From: Eledone cirrhosa
Taxonomy: Eukaryota
Direction: 5' to 3'
Assembly (NCBI GenBank): GCA_964016885.1
Contig: OZ024743.1
Span: 322,958,001-323,022,000 of the forward strand
DNA: 64,000 nt
In this document: piece by piece, positions 10,985 to 22,765 of the stretch
Position numbering within the stretch: position 1 is the stretch's first letter
Layout: every line of letters begins with the position of its first letter
Notes under the pieces: model-generated
What the model was told of the DNA's origin: nothing
What the model saw: only the letters and a program-made list of their open reading frames with translations
Database searches by the model: none
Position numbers and translations under genes: made by a program

Positions 10985-13310
10985 TAGAAATAACCCCAAA
11001 TTTTCCCAGAATCTCCTTATTTGTGCTAAAAAAGAAATAACAGAAATTTCTCCTTGTATCCCTGTCCTATCATATGTTTTAAAAGTTTATTCACTACCTC
11101 CGTAAAAACATTCATCTGGCTACTTATCCTACCATAACGTATAACTTGACTACAAAAAACATTGTATCCTAAAGATATTGACATACAGCTAGAAGCAAAG
11201 GGCATCCAAACTACTTTAAAGCTAAAGTCCTTAGTCTTATTGTAGAGTTTTGTAACTATTGTCTCACCACCTATTTTGATAGTGATGTCTAAATAATTAA
11301 CCTTGCTAACGTCACATCCATTCCTCTTCGGGTAGATCTTGTGCAGCAAACCCTCAAAATGCCTATAATTAGTAACATATATGTCATCGGTTTACCTCCA
11401 ACATCCACCTAGCTGCCTAATTAGGCCTATTCTCTTAAGCTTCCTTAGACCCTATAGAGAGTCAAACTCACAGGAGGATAAATATAAATTCACCAGGAGC
11501 GAACTACAGCTCCTACCCATTGGTATGCCTCTAACCTGCCTGTGAATGTAATGTAACTATTATTTAATATCAACGGGACTGCCTGTATGAGCTTAACTTT
11601 TGTTCAATTAGTGTATCTGTTGTACCTTATTCTAGACATGAAGCCCTTGCCGTTCTTGAAGGAAACATAGTTGAATTATTATTAAAAGCCAGGTCTATTA
11701 TACTACCCACCCCTTTTTTAACTAAATTCAGCTCCAAACTAGTGTAAAGGGTGGAAAATCATACACGTGCATTGTTTTTATCATCTTTATTCTATTCAAT
11801 CTAGTTTAAAAAATCATTAGTAGATCCTATAGTCCACCTCATATTCATTCTACTATTTGCAAAAATTGCACCACAATAGCTATCAAATGCCTCTTTAACT
11901 ATTGCTAAAGCTTTGTTAACTAAAATAGCTACTTCCCTATTTGTGCACCTACTAGCTCTGGCATCCATATGGTGTTTTGTGCAACTTGGGTTTCCAGAGG
12001 ACTCTGGGAACACACATATTCTCTTCCTTCAACTGACAACCACTCAGATCCTCTACTTCACATCTAAGCTTGTAAGTTCCATTACCACTAAAGTTATAAT
12101 TAACATCACATCCTAACTCCCTAGCTAAAACCAACAGGTAGAATTTTTTGCATATTATAACGAAATTACCTGCTTTTTTATCTGCCGGTGCTATGATGTA
12201 CTTATAGTGAAACCTATCTAAATATTGCTTCACCTCAGGCCTATTAAGTATAGACGGCCCTCATGCCCAACCCTCTTAACCAAGCTAACAACTCCCTCTT
12301 TCCATTTCCTGAACACCTCACAAGCAAAACCAAATTTTAGGCCTAAACTAATCTGAAATCATTGATTGATTCCAACACCAACTTATCTACCATGGATCTG
12401 TATGGCCTTACAGATTCCCTAAATTTAGTTCCCTTCATCATAAGCCCCCTAAGATCTTTGTTCTTAACTGTACTCAAATCACCAGTAATTATGTGCCCTA
12501 CTTTCTAGCAGCAGAACCTAGAACTTCTACAAGCTTTCTTGAATTCCTTGGCATTAATATTTGCTAAACAGTTATTGGAGTTAAATAAAATACATTCGAT
12601 CGTAGGTCAATATGAATAACTGACACAAATCCTCCTATCCTTTATCTCCTCAGGCAAGCATCCATGTACCTTCCTATTTCTAATAATTTAGTTCAAGCTC
12701 CACCTATCCAGTGATTTATTAACAAATAGAATCCTGAAATATTCCACTTTGGCTTTTCTATCCTTATCCCTTGTGTCCTTAAGTAATCTATTGCAGAAAC
12801 TATCTACCAGAAACTAACCTCAGATAACCCCTTTCTTCACATCTTCTCATCAAATCCTTTAGCTTGCACTTGGAACATGCTCTAAGCAACACAAAACATT
12901 GGTAAAAATCTCCGGACATATGGAGTCTGATTAGTTTCTTCCACCCATTATTCATATCGTATTCATCTCTCCTAATTTTTCTTAACTTCCTGCTACCGTG
13001 GCTACATTTCCTTCTTAGTACAGGCTGAGAAAAATAAAAATCAGTAATGCTATCTTCCCTCTTAGATATTATACTAGAGCCTGTAATTCTATCATTCAAC
13101 CCTAGCAGGTTCACATTGCACATAACCCTTATCCAGTAATTCTTGTTTTGTCATAGGTCCTTCCAACTGAACCTGGTCAATGATATGAATCCTACCACAA
13201 CTGAAACCTTCCCTATGTTGCCTAAAGTACTCGTATATGTATAAAGATTTGTCCAAATAAAAGGCCTGCCTATGTTTACTCAGTCACCGCTATAATGACT
13301 GAGATGTGTG
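10985..13310 (-). mobile_element. Degraded Penelope-like element with N-terminal GIY-YIG endonuclease (Naiad-type domain order)
   Basis: Minus-strand translation, in order: TSQSL*R*LSKHR, YWIRVMCNVNLLGLNDRI (EN), C..SRFCC..GHIITGDL..KGTKFR (linker), PADKKAGNFVIIC, WKPKLHKTPY, DF.TLYT, QVRGIPMG, R*TDD, NYLDI..KLYNKTKDF (RT). Confidence 0.82.
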
Positions 13311-13955
13311 TCATCATCATCATCAACGTTTAACATCCGTGTTCCACGCTTGCATGGGTTTGGACAGGGGTAGTCCCACTTGAGGCAAGAGTGATTGTCT
13401 TGCTCGCATAGGACTGTCTGGCAGGTTTTCTACAGTTGGATGCCCTTCCTAACACCAACCACATTTACAGTGTGGGTCTGGGAGGTTTTTACCGTGTTGC
13501 CTACACGGCCACATTACAGCGTGGACTGTGTGTTTTTTTGTCGTGACACCTACACGATCTCATTTGTTTCGGCCTGGATGGTGTGGCACCAACATAACTT
13601 TACATAGAAGGGGGCGGTGTGGATGGGGTGGGGGTGGTGGGACGGGGTGTATTTTGTTAGAGATGCCTACTGACTGTAGTAGGTTTTACTATGTATTTAG
13701 GTAAGGTGGGTCTTCTCTATTACTGAGTACCGCCAAAGGTCTCGGTCCAGTGACATTGTCTTGGAGAGGTGTAAGTGTGTGAGGTCGGAGTTTATCAGCT
13801 CGTCCCAGGTTTTTCTAGGTCTGCCTATTCCGTGTCTACCGTCTATCTTTATTGCCCTGTACTTTGTTATACAGCTATCGACTTTCATGCGCATCACGTG
13901 TCCATACCAATGTAGCCTTCTCTCGAGTAAACAATATCTGATCCCTCTTATTTCT
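13311..13955 (-). mobile_element. 5'-truncated RTE LINE 3' end
   Basis: ORF 13697-13897 matches the RTE C-terminus, followed by the 3' UTR and (GAT)n tail. It abuts and truncates the PLE endonuclease region. Confidence 0.93.
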
Positions 13956-14459
13956 ATATATATATTGATATTTTGATTAATACATAAAAAATATTAATAG
14001 CCATTTGCCAGACAATACGATTTATATTTTTATGTATTAATCAAAATATTTATATATGTAATTCTGCTCTGGACATTAAATTTTAGTTGAGCTGATTTAT
14101 TAGACCTAACGTGCTGCTATTTCTAGCAATCCAGTTGGCCTGCCTGTATCCTTATACTATTACGTCGTTCACATATGCTTTTACACTTTGTGTTGAATGT
14201 TGAATTTATGGTGGCTGGTCGTTTGTAGCGCATTTAGTAAGACAGATTCTACTAAAGATGGGTTCAATGTTTTTACAGTGCCTATTATTCAATATTGGCA
14301 CTGTTTCTCTTAGACTCTGAAACAGCTGTATAGAAATTAGGAATCGGTCTTTTATCATCTTTATGTAAGTTCATTTACTTACTTTCTGATTTTCCTATCT
14401 CATTATACCTATGCGTATATGATGGCTGCAAACTTTGCTAAGAGTATTGCAATCGCTTG

Positions 14460-15650
14460 TCAGATTCAGATGTGTGACGCTCGGATATTGCTTTTCAAGC
14501 CTGCTAGAGACTTGCACTCCTTTGGACATTGACAATAACTATGGATCTTCCTGGCTTCAGGTCTTGAATCAGGTTGCCTGAGAACCTTCACAATACCGTG
14601 GAGATCATAATTCACTGGTTCTCTCTGAACATGGCGGTGACTGTGCCCCCTGAAACCAGATTTTCTCAAGCAAATCTTTCTACACTCAGGGCACACCAAT
14701 TCAATGGAGACACCGATCATTATGAGAGATACACCAGGACATTGCTTACACACATCCCATTTGATCTTCTTGTTCTCTATGTGTCTGTCCTCAAAATTAT
14801 GGACCCCATTATTCACCATTCCATGCCAAATTTTTCTTTCAAGAGCTTCTATCTCCCAGTCAGCCACCACCAAACCAGTTTTTTTCAATGAGTCCTTTAC
14901 ACAATCTTTGAATCAGAGCTTTGGTTTGTGAGGTGATCTCTTACCTTTACTAAGCTTGTCATACAAAAATTATTTCAGGATTCGATTATCCTCCATTCTG
15001 CAGAGGTTATCCGGTCCATTGCAAATGTCCAACACTCACTCCTCTCAAGGACATCAACATCACTCACATGCATCTGCCACCTGAAACCGAGCATCTCTTC
15101 TAAAACACTGTTGGTGAAATCGTTCCAGTCTTTTGATATGCTGTTTGTAGGCAACCCATGTCTCACACGCATACAACAATGCTGACAGTACACATGCGAC
15201 ATACACTTCCATCTTGGTCTTTATTCTGATTCCTCACCTGCACCACAGACAGTTGCTGAGCCTTCCAAATGACTCACTTGCTTTGCTAACACACAGACCA
15301 ACTTCTGCATCCAGAGAGCAAGTCACACTCAGAGTACTCCTCAAATATACAAATCTGTCAGCAACCTTCAGCTTTTGACCCTATACATAAATGGAGGATT
15401 CATTGACAACTTTATCCAGAGCAGGTTGGTACATGGCGACAGTCTTCTTCAGACTGATTGTCAATCACAAAGCACTGCACGCATTGGAAAAAAGAGTCCA
15501 TAAGGTGTTGCATGTCACTCTGGGAGTGTGCAAAGAGATCACAATCATCTGCATACAGAAATTTTTTGATCAAGGTACTCAGTACTTTAGTGTTGGCAGT
15601 GAGACGCCTGAGGTTGAACAACTTGCCAGAAGTGTGATATCATACATTTT
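14460..15650 (-). mobile_element. Degraded RTE/BovB-like LINE (RT C-terminal half and C2H2-like zinc fingers)
   Basis: FNLRRLTANTKV...FLYADDCDLFAHS; downstream LVCPECRKIC..SG..GH. Confidence 0.85.
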
Positions 15651-15658
15651 GTCTAGAC

Positions 15659-15828
15659 CAGGCATGTCAAACATGCGGCCCACACAAAAGTTTTTACAAC
15701 ACGAGCATGTTTTATCTTTGTAACATAAAATTAAAGAAGTTAGTTGTAATGTGCACAATTAGTTGTTGTGTGAGGCCCTCAGACAACACATATGTGACCT
15801 TTGGGGGACCCTCAGTTTGACATGCCTG
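15659..15828. mobile_element. hAT (Charlie-like) MITE, 170 bp
   Basis: TIR caggcatgtcaaac...gtttgacatgcctg; flanks gtctagac / gtttatat resemble a decayed 8-bp NTCTAGAN target duplication. Confidence 0.8.
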
Positions 15829-16069
15829 GTTTATATACATACTGATGTATTATACATCTATATCTATCTATATATAGATGTGTAAAATTCCGACTGTGGC
15901 ACCAAGCGGTTTCAGGATTTTATACATCTCTATACCCACTCTACATCTCCCCATGTACTGAGTACTCACATGATTAGTGGTCTCCTTGGTCTCAGCACCG
16001 CAGACTCTCTCCCTATATATATAAATATACAGTATATACATACATAAGCTTCAGTTGAAGTCATCCAAA

Positions 16070-16510
16070 AACCTATTAGAAGCTGAAGGAACAGATTATA
16101 GACATTAGGATAAACAAAAAAGACGAACTTTGTAACCACATCTAAACACCAATTGTGCAGGACTTACCTCGCCCTCAAACCCCACTCATGACCCGGGTGA
16201 GTAGACAATGGCTGTAACATCCTTCTTTTCCCCACTTACCGAACAAGATAGGGGAAACCCCAGCATACATAGGAAGATGTAATTCTTTTCATTTTTCACT
16301 TTATCTCTTCTTCTCACTTCCTTCCACTCCCTCTCCTCTTCCTTTTTCCTTTTTCACTTACTCTAAGGCAACCCATTGGGCTTTTGTAGTCTCAGTACCC
16401 CCACCACCCATGAATTCTATATAGAATTACCATGCTAAAAATTTAATTTAGTCCAGATATAGCCGTCGAAACGGCTTGAGCTCTGCTGTTGGGGTCCTGA
16501 ACCTTTCTCT
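16070..16510 (+). mobile_element. 3' end / pseudo-LTR of a Penelope-like element
   Basis: INKKDEL..TTSKH-like C-terminus. The terminal block ccatgctaaaaatttaatttagtccag..cgaaacggcttgagctctgctgttggggtcctgaac is shared with 63170-63250, which sits upstream of a PLE RT. Confidence 0.6.
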
Positions 16511-16661
16511 ATATATATATATGTTAATTTCTCTCTCCGCCTCTTGAGAAATACTCACCTGCTACGAAAGAAACAGTCCTTTTTTTTACCACTGTATCAC
16601 GTGTTAATTTCTCCCTCCGCCTCTAGGGATTTTCTCACTTGCTACGAACACGTCAAGAAAC

Positions 16662-16773
16662 AGTCCTTTTTTCTGAGGGGTCTCTTGATAAGCCGTATCA
16701 ACCTCACAGCGATGATGCATTTTTGTAGTGTAGAAATCATTGCACACGGATCGGCGAAACTGCAGTCGGGACT
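16662..16773 (+). ncRNA. Degenerate type I hammerhead ribozyme-like motif with long helix II region
   Basis: agtcc..CTGAGGG...taagccg...cggcGAAActgcagTCgggact; palindromic helix III ACTGCAGT; same layout as 62852-62964. Confidence 0.45.
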
Positions 16774-18844
16774 TTAAAGAAAAAATAGGTATATTTTTGT
16801 CTATTATTTCCTCATATTTTGTAATTTGATATATACATATGTGTGTATGTGTGTGTGTGTGTATAACTTCAAGAGTTATATATATATTAAGAGCAATATG
16901 TATTTTTTGTGTGGGCCCGGGGGCGGCATACACTCAAGCTACGTCACTGTCTGCAGGACATCTGATATTTGATCAGACTTCAAGAAACCTACATAGCCAT
17001 GTTCAATTACACCTAGTATAGGTTCCGCCACGATTTCAAGTATCTATATATTCAAAATTTTAGTAACTTCTCACTCTTTAAAAGATTCTTTTGTGGAAGT
17101 AAATCAGTTACATACACACTTTTATATATGTATATCATAGCATGCATATTGGTCTACACCAGGGCTTCCCAACGTTTTTTGCATCATCACCCACTTTCAC
17201 ATGGAAAGTTTTCCACCACCCACCTTTATGGTAAAGCTTACCAAAAATGTTTAGTAAAAGTTTATTACTGGTTCTTAAACTGACTTTTTATGATGTCAAA
17301 AATACGAAAGTGAGTGTAACGGATAACACTGGCCTATGTGGAAGCCGCTGTGGCTGCTATTACCATATTAAAGACCATTTTATTAAATTTTATTAGATGT
17401 CACTATCAAGCCATGTTTACCTTAAAGCCGATACCATATTGTGGCATCATTGTCATTTTGTAAATCTATCAATTTTTCCTGCTCATCATCTTCACAATCG
17501 CTTACTCTAACTTCAAACGGGTTTTTTTCATACCAAACTGGAACAAACAATGTGATAATATCCTGAAATCACTGAACCATGTCATCATACAATGGTTGCA
17601 AATAAGTGGGATATGTAATGACATCCTCATCAACCAATTCATGTTTCAAGTGATTCAATCATTGAAATTGATGGAGTTGACTTTTGAAATGTTCATCTTA
17701 TATAGTGTTATTTTAGAAATGAAGACAGTGACGATTTACATTCAACAAGTGTTTTTTGCTTTCCTTGCAATAAAGTATTGAGATCATTTATTTGGCGAAT
17801 ATGTTGCTAAGGAATTAAATATCACATTTTGAAGCAATTAGAAAAGTGGATAGTGGAGTGTATTGAGAAAAAAGGTTCTATTGTATTAAGCAGTTCGACA
17901 AAACGGACAACACAGTTGCCGTTTGCTAACCATCGTATTTGAATATGGTTTCAAAAGTCTCGCATAGTCATCATTATCAAAGCAAAGTAGACGGAACATT
18001 CATTCAGATAAAGAATTCGATTTTAGCTTTTTAGCAGCATAGTGTATAAATGTTATTGAGACACGAGTATAGCGAGAGTACTGGGTTGTATGAATGTAAC
18101 AAAACGAGACATGGTTTGTGTGTATAATATTTAATTAACAAAAGTAGATAGTATAGTTGACATGTCAAAGAAATAGATGATAGAATGAAACAAAGTTAGT
18201 CGTTACCGTTTTGATTGCCAGGCAAATGCGGCTGGCAGAGGACGCCTGGCTAGGGCCAGCCAGGCGCCGGAAGGCAAAATCAGAGGCTCTTGGCCTGGTG
18301 CCGAAAGGGCAATGAGAGAGTGAGAACTTAAAGTTGTTAGTTTTATAGGGTTCTGACCAGAAGTTACAGAAAGGGTTCTACTTCCCGTCTAGATGTTAAT
18401 CCAAACAAGGGAGACAACCGCTACATAACCTCCCGCCAGAATTTTAGGATATAAAAATCGAATGAAAATATGTAGCAAGTTGGCGAGAATGTTGTAACAG
18501 GCATGAAAATTACGACAAAAGAATGTTTGCAAAAATCAATGATAGATATCAAGGTAGCCAACCGCTCTTGGCCAGAGAACGACTGGACATCTATCTATCC
18601 ATCACCCAAAGATACAATGTAATAAAGTAAGAGAAGGGCTCAAAGTTCAAATGTACAAAATATAGTTCACAGGTGTGCAATCACATGACAGCAGGAAAGA
18701 AAGTGTGTTCCAGAGAATGAATGCAGGTGGTTCCTGTTCTGTGGTATATCGTGAAATTTCCAACCTCCGAATGGATTTTCTCACAGGAAGAGTGCTGCAA
18801 AAATAAATTCTCTGGCTTTGGTTGTTGGTGAAGCTGTGTTGATG

Positions 18845-18928
18845 TATTGCTGTTGCTGTTGCTGCTGCTGCTGTATTGCTGTTGCTGTTATGTTGCTGTT
18901 GCTGCTGCTGTTATATTGCTGTTGGTGT

Positions 18929-18959
<31 letters not shown>

Positions 18960-18990
18960 ATATTGCTGTTGCCGTTGCTGCTGCTGTTGT
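18845..18990. repeat. (CTG/TTG)n microsatellite inside the LTR element
   Basis: Direct inspection. Confidence 0.9.
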
Positions 18991-19896
18991 CTCGCTGAGT
19001 GAGCGTACTCGGTGTTTAAATTCACAGTTAAAAAAATTTTTTCAGAAAAAATGAGTTGCGCAAAGTGCTAGAAATAGCAGCCGAAGTTGATGGTCGATGT
19101 TGAGAATGCGTTGACCTGGAAGGGTCAAGAGTCCAGCGACCAAAGAAATAAGCATTCTGAATAAATGCGCAGTTTTCAACGGCAAATTTACGTAGTAAAC
19201 TTTTAAACCGGCAAATAGGAGAATATAGCTTAAGGCTGAAGAATCCTTGGCGAGAAACGTTATCTCTGGCGTGCGGCTATCTCTGTGAGTCGAGATATCT
19301 CTGTGAGTCGAGAATTTGTGCTGCCTACACGTGCCAATACAAGGTTGAAAAAATAATATTTCTAACGCGCGAGAAAATGATAGTGCAAGTGTGAAAGTGA
19401 CAATGATGAAAAAGAAAGGCTTCCCTCAGCATAATTATTGGTGTGAACTTTGGAAAAAAAAAACTTGAACGATGAAGAAAACGATGAAAAAAAAGGCAAT
19501 GGTTCATCGAAAATAAATGTTCCTGTTGAAATGTTTTTTAAAGAATATCAAATTTCTTTTTTTTTTTTTGTTTTGAAAGAGTTCGTTGTCAGAAACGAGA
19601 AACATATATATATATCGTGAAATGTTTTATTATTTTTTTTGTTTTGAAAGTGTTCGTTGTAAGAAACGAGAATATATATCGTGAAATGCGACAGTTAGTT
19701 GACGCGTGAGTGAAAAAGTCTGTCTGTGCGAAAATTTCACATGTGCGTGGTGTGTTCGTTTCTTTTACTGAGTATTTTCATAGTTTGTCAATAAATTTGC
19801 TGTGTATTCGTAATGCTACTCACACAACACCAGATTGCGCCATTTTTTTCTTTTTTGGGGGTGACCACTTATAGCGATGAACGGCTGCGTGTTCGT

Positions 19897-19914
19897 ATCA
19901 CGTCAGGGTTACCA
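19897..19914 (-). promoter_or_regulatory. tRNA-Trp primer binding site
   Basis: Minus strand TGGTAACCCTGACGTGAT, a near match to the canonical Trp PBS TGGTGACCCCGACGTGAT, 1 nt from the LTR. Confidence 0.85.
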
Positions 19915-20347
19915 ATATAGCGAGAGTACTGGGTTGTATGAATGTAACAAAACGAGACATGGTTTGTGTGTATAATATTTAATTAACAATGGTAGATAGT
20001 ATAGTTGACATGTCAAAGAAATAGATGATAGAATGAAACAAAGTTAGTCGTTACCGTTTTGATTGCCAGGCAAACGCGGCTGGCAGAGGACGCCTGGCTA
20101 AGGCCAGCCAGGCGCCGGAAGGCAAAATCAGAGGCTCTTGGCCTGGTGCCGAAAGGGCAATGAGAGAGTGAGAACTTAAAGTTGTTAGTTTTATAGGGTT
20201 CTGACCGGAAGTTACAGAAAGGGTTCTACTTCCCGTCTAGATGTTAATCCAAACAAGGGAGACAACCGCTACACGAGTAACATAATAATGTCAACAGCAG
20301 AAATTAGAAATGAAATGTGTGTTTATTTTTGTTGTAGCACAAATAAT

Positions 20348-20734
20348 TGTTTCTACTTTTGGCACAAGGCCAGCAATAAACCAGTGTCTTACTGGTACTT
20401 TATTTTATCGACCCCGTAAGGATGAAAGGCAAAGTTAACCTCGGCGGGATTTGAACTCAGAATGGCAAGGGCCATAACTCTATGCGTCAAAGCATGGCGT
20501 CCGACCCTCTACCGATACTGCCAATCCACCGCCTGTTGTAGCACAAATAATTGTTTCTACTTTAGGCACAAGGCCAGCAATTACCAGTGCATTACTGGTA
20601 CTTTATTTTATCGACCCCGTAAGGATGAAAGGCAAAGTCAACCTCGGCGGGATTTGAACTCAGATGGTAAAGGGACGTAACTATGCTGGAAAGCATGGCG
20701 TCCGACCCTCTACCGATACTGCCAATCCACCGCC
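20348..20734 (-). mobile_element. Two tandem tRNA-derived SINEs of different subfamilies
   Basis: 20348-20533 and 20552-20734, with the 18-bp tgttgtagcacaaataat present three times. Confidence 0.93.
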
Positions 20735-21333
20735 TGTTGTAGCACAAATAATGTTTGTTAACTTGTATGGTTGAAGTTACACATAAAATGAGGTTACAAA
20801 AGAGAATGTGCCATTGTGCCAGGCCCAAGGAAAGCCGGCAGGCCAAAGTGCAAAACCTCACCGTCACATGTTGTACGTGTTGCTGGTTCGAAGTTCAGGG
20901 TACGAGAGAGAGATTCTTCAAATCTTCGCGGGGAATTTCTCCTTCACGGCGCGTAGGGATACATCCTCTTCTACTGGCGCTGATTGGCTGAGCTGAGCCA
21001 AATCACGCACAGAGAATGTATGTGAGCCCGCGGAATGTAGGTCACTACAGCTTGTTTACAGTTTTAATAATTAACTGCATTATATCACCAAGCCAGCTGT
21101 TGATGTTTTGCCACTAAATGTTGCCGGTGAGTTACACACACAGTGAACTGTTAAAATAGTTCAAGTTTTAAGAGAAATGAGATATCTATGTTTCAACCTA
21201 ACATAGCAGACGCTGCATCAGATGTACAGGCAACAACATTGTTTAATGGGATGTTATGCTCATGAAAAAATTACTTCAATATATCCTTTTGAGTCAAGCA
21301 GTAACTGATCAGTGAACAGCATCTCTTCATAAG

Positions 21334-21516
21334 CAGTGCCAGATTTACCATTGTGCTTAGATGTACTTAAGCATGGGCCCCCATTGGCCAAGGAAGGGGG
21401 AGGGGCATCTTCCAGCGAAAAAATGTTTTCACAATGAATTTTTCAAATGTCAAATGTTCAAAGGGGCCTCATAACTTAACTAGCACAGGGCCTCATTTGT
21501 CCTAAATCCGTCACTG
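21334..21516. mobile_element. hAT-type MITE nested in the transposase
   Basis: TIR cagtgccagattta...taaatccgtcactg; 8-bp TSD ttcataag / ctcacaag. Confidence 0.75.
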
Positions 21517-21792
21517 CTCACAAGGTTGAATATTTTCATTAAAAAAAATTAAATAACGAACATACACCACCAATGTATGGAAAATTGATAACGCTGAAGA
21601 TTGTGGATGAGTTAAAGTTTGAGGTCACTGGCCCATTTCAATAATACGTCGAGAAATTGTATTATTACTAAGTAGAGTTGTCTTGAAAATTGTGCCTGTT
21701 TTCTTTTTTTCTTTTTTTATACATTACAGTCGAGAGAATTTCTTCACTAACAGATTGAAGTAATGTTTTTCCGATAATATAGACTTACCGGG

Positions 21793-22765
21793 CACTGTCA
21801 TACTATTAGCTGTCAGAAGTGAAAGTAGAAAAAAGTTACGTCAATCTGATGTCATTCGTCAACCTTCTCAATCGACAACCTTCGTTTATTTCCGTATCAC
21901 TATTCCGTATCACCACGCGTTTATTTATGTTTATCTGGATAGATTTGCCTGCTATTTCTAGCACAGCCATTTATGATTTTCTAAAAGATACGTTTACGAT
22001 GAGATACACTTATTAAAAAAAAAATATGGGTACCAAATAACCACGTAATTTTCGAGAGAAACGATAATATACAATCTGATTTAACATGTGCATTAAAAAC
22101 TACACTAGCTGTTACAATTGTAATTAACGTGTAAGCAAAAGCTTAGATAACAATAAAGCATATCGATGTAAGTGGAGTTAACTTAAATGAAAATATAGGT
22201 GGCCCTTAAAAGGGTCGGTGTTGTGCAAATAACCTACCTGCTATTTAGCTTAACCGCCAAATCCGTACAGAGTTCTACAGCGTTTTTATTTATGCAAATT
22301 AGAAAACAAGTCATGGTTATCAAATTAGGTTATTTGCACAACACCGGCCCTTTTAAGGGCCACCTATATTTTCATTTAAGTTAACTCCACTTACATCGAT
22401 ATGCTTTATTGTTATCTAAGCTTTTGCTTACACATTAATTACAATTGTAACAGCTAGTGTAGTTTTTAATGCACATGTTAAATCAGATTGTATATTATCG
22501 TTTCTCTCGAAAATTACGTGGTTATTTGGTACCCATATTTTTTTTTTAATAAGTGTATCTCATCGTAAACGTATCTCTTAGAAAATTATAAATGGCTGTG
22601 CTAGAAATAGCAGGCAAATCTATCCATGTAAACATAAATAAACGCGTGGTGATACGGAAATAAACGAAGGTTGTCGATTGAGAAGGTTGTCGATTGAGAA
22701 GGTTGACGAATGACGTCAGATTGACGTAACTTTTTTCTACTTTCACTTCTGACAGCATGACTGTG
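21793..22765. mobile_element. Fold-back element with ~440 bp inverted arms and an 89 bp spacer
   Basis: 21793-22236 is the near-exact reverse complement of 22326-22765. It interrupts the hAT transposase between LLA-T and GKS. Confidence 0.88.

Larger units (their letters stand above)
18068..20273 (-). mobile_element. Non-autonomous Gypsy-like LTR element (358 bp LTRs, 1.49 kb non-coding interior)
   Basis: LTRs 18068-18425 and 19916-20273 differ at about 5 positions; TSD cgag; PBS at 19897-19914; purine tract ggcgggaggtta next to the 3' LTR. Confidence 0.93.
18030..21049. mobile_element. Probable solo LTR (~410 bp of own sequence) inserted in the hAT transposase, itself interrupted
   Basis: gctt|tttagcagc...gtcactaca|gctt gives a 4-bp TSD with TGTAG..CTACA-like ends. 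Removing it restores the transposase reading VNK-LKSNSL. Confidence 0.65.

Noticed and set aside
13270-13300. In-frame TGA in the Naiad-like endonuclease as selenocysteine
   Set aside because: It falls at a conserved Arg position (CGA to TGA decay), next to a TAG stop in a heavily degraded copy.
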